From: Podarcis gaigeae
Taxonomy: Eukaryota
Assembly: GCA_964106915.2 (NCBI GenBank)
Contig: OZ066915.1
Strand: one strand, 5' to 3'
DNA: 64,000 nucleotides
In this document: piece after piece, positions 63,974 through 64,000 of the stretch
Numbering within the stretch: position 1 is the first letter of the stretch
Layout: the number at the start of each line of letters is the position of its first letter
Notes under the pieces: model-generated
The model's database searches: none
Told to the model about the DNA's origin: nothing
What the model saw: only the letters and a program-made list of their open reading frames with translations
Made by a program: the position numbers and the translations under genes

Positions 63974-64000
63974 CAGTGGTACCTCATGTTACATACACTT
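63974..64000. mobile_element. Start of a Tc1/mariner-pogo MITE (cut by the window edge)
   Basis: TA-CAGTGGTACCTC TIR identical to the family at 2707. Confidence 0.7.

Overview
Vertebrate (squamate) genomic DNA. The Sauria- and Squam-type SINEs suggest a lacertid lizard; this is inference. The window holds one complete protein-coding gene on the minus strand, FAM120A (constitutive coactivator of PPAR-gamma-like protein 1 / OSSA). I assembled 18 coding exons by hand from ATG 60043 to TAA 12012: 3348 nt, 1115 aa, with all splice phases consistent, 16 GT-AG introns and one GC-AG intron. The gene has a CpG-island promoter (about 58.8-61.1 kb) and a 3'UTR of about 1.6 kb containing a 132-N assembly gap. 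The rest is intronic or intergenic sequence with lineage-typical transposons (Sauria/Squam SINEs, L2, RTE, Rex1, Tc1/pogo and hAT MITEs, a probable solo LTR) and microsatellites. There is no prokaryotic-type system, CRISPR array, rRNA or tRNA gene. The most interesting signals are post-transcriptional and untested: (i) tandem uORFs in the 5'UTR (MAL*, MAAAAAMSPPRTHTTPP*); (ii) a cluster of candidate alternative splice events around exon 15 and introns 14, 15 and 17 that would remodel or truncate the RG/RGG-rich tail; (iii) circRNA-prone, stop-free exon 2-3 and 2-4 blocks, with an inverted SINE pair around exons 2-7; (iv) MITEs carrying NRF1/ETS motifs. All comparisons to human FAM120A and to repeat families are from memory, not from database searches.
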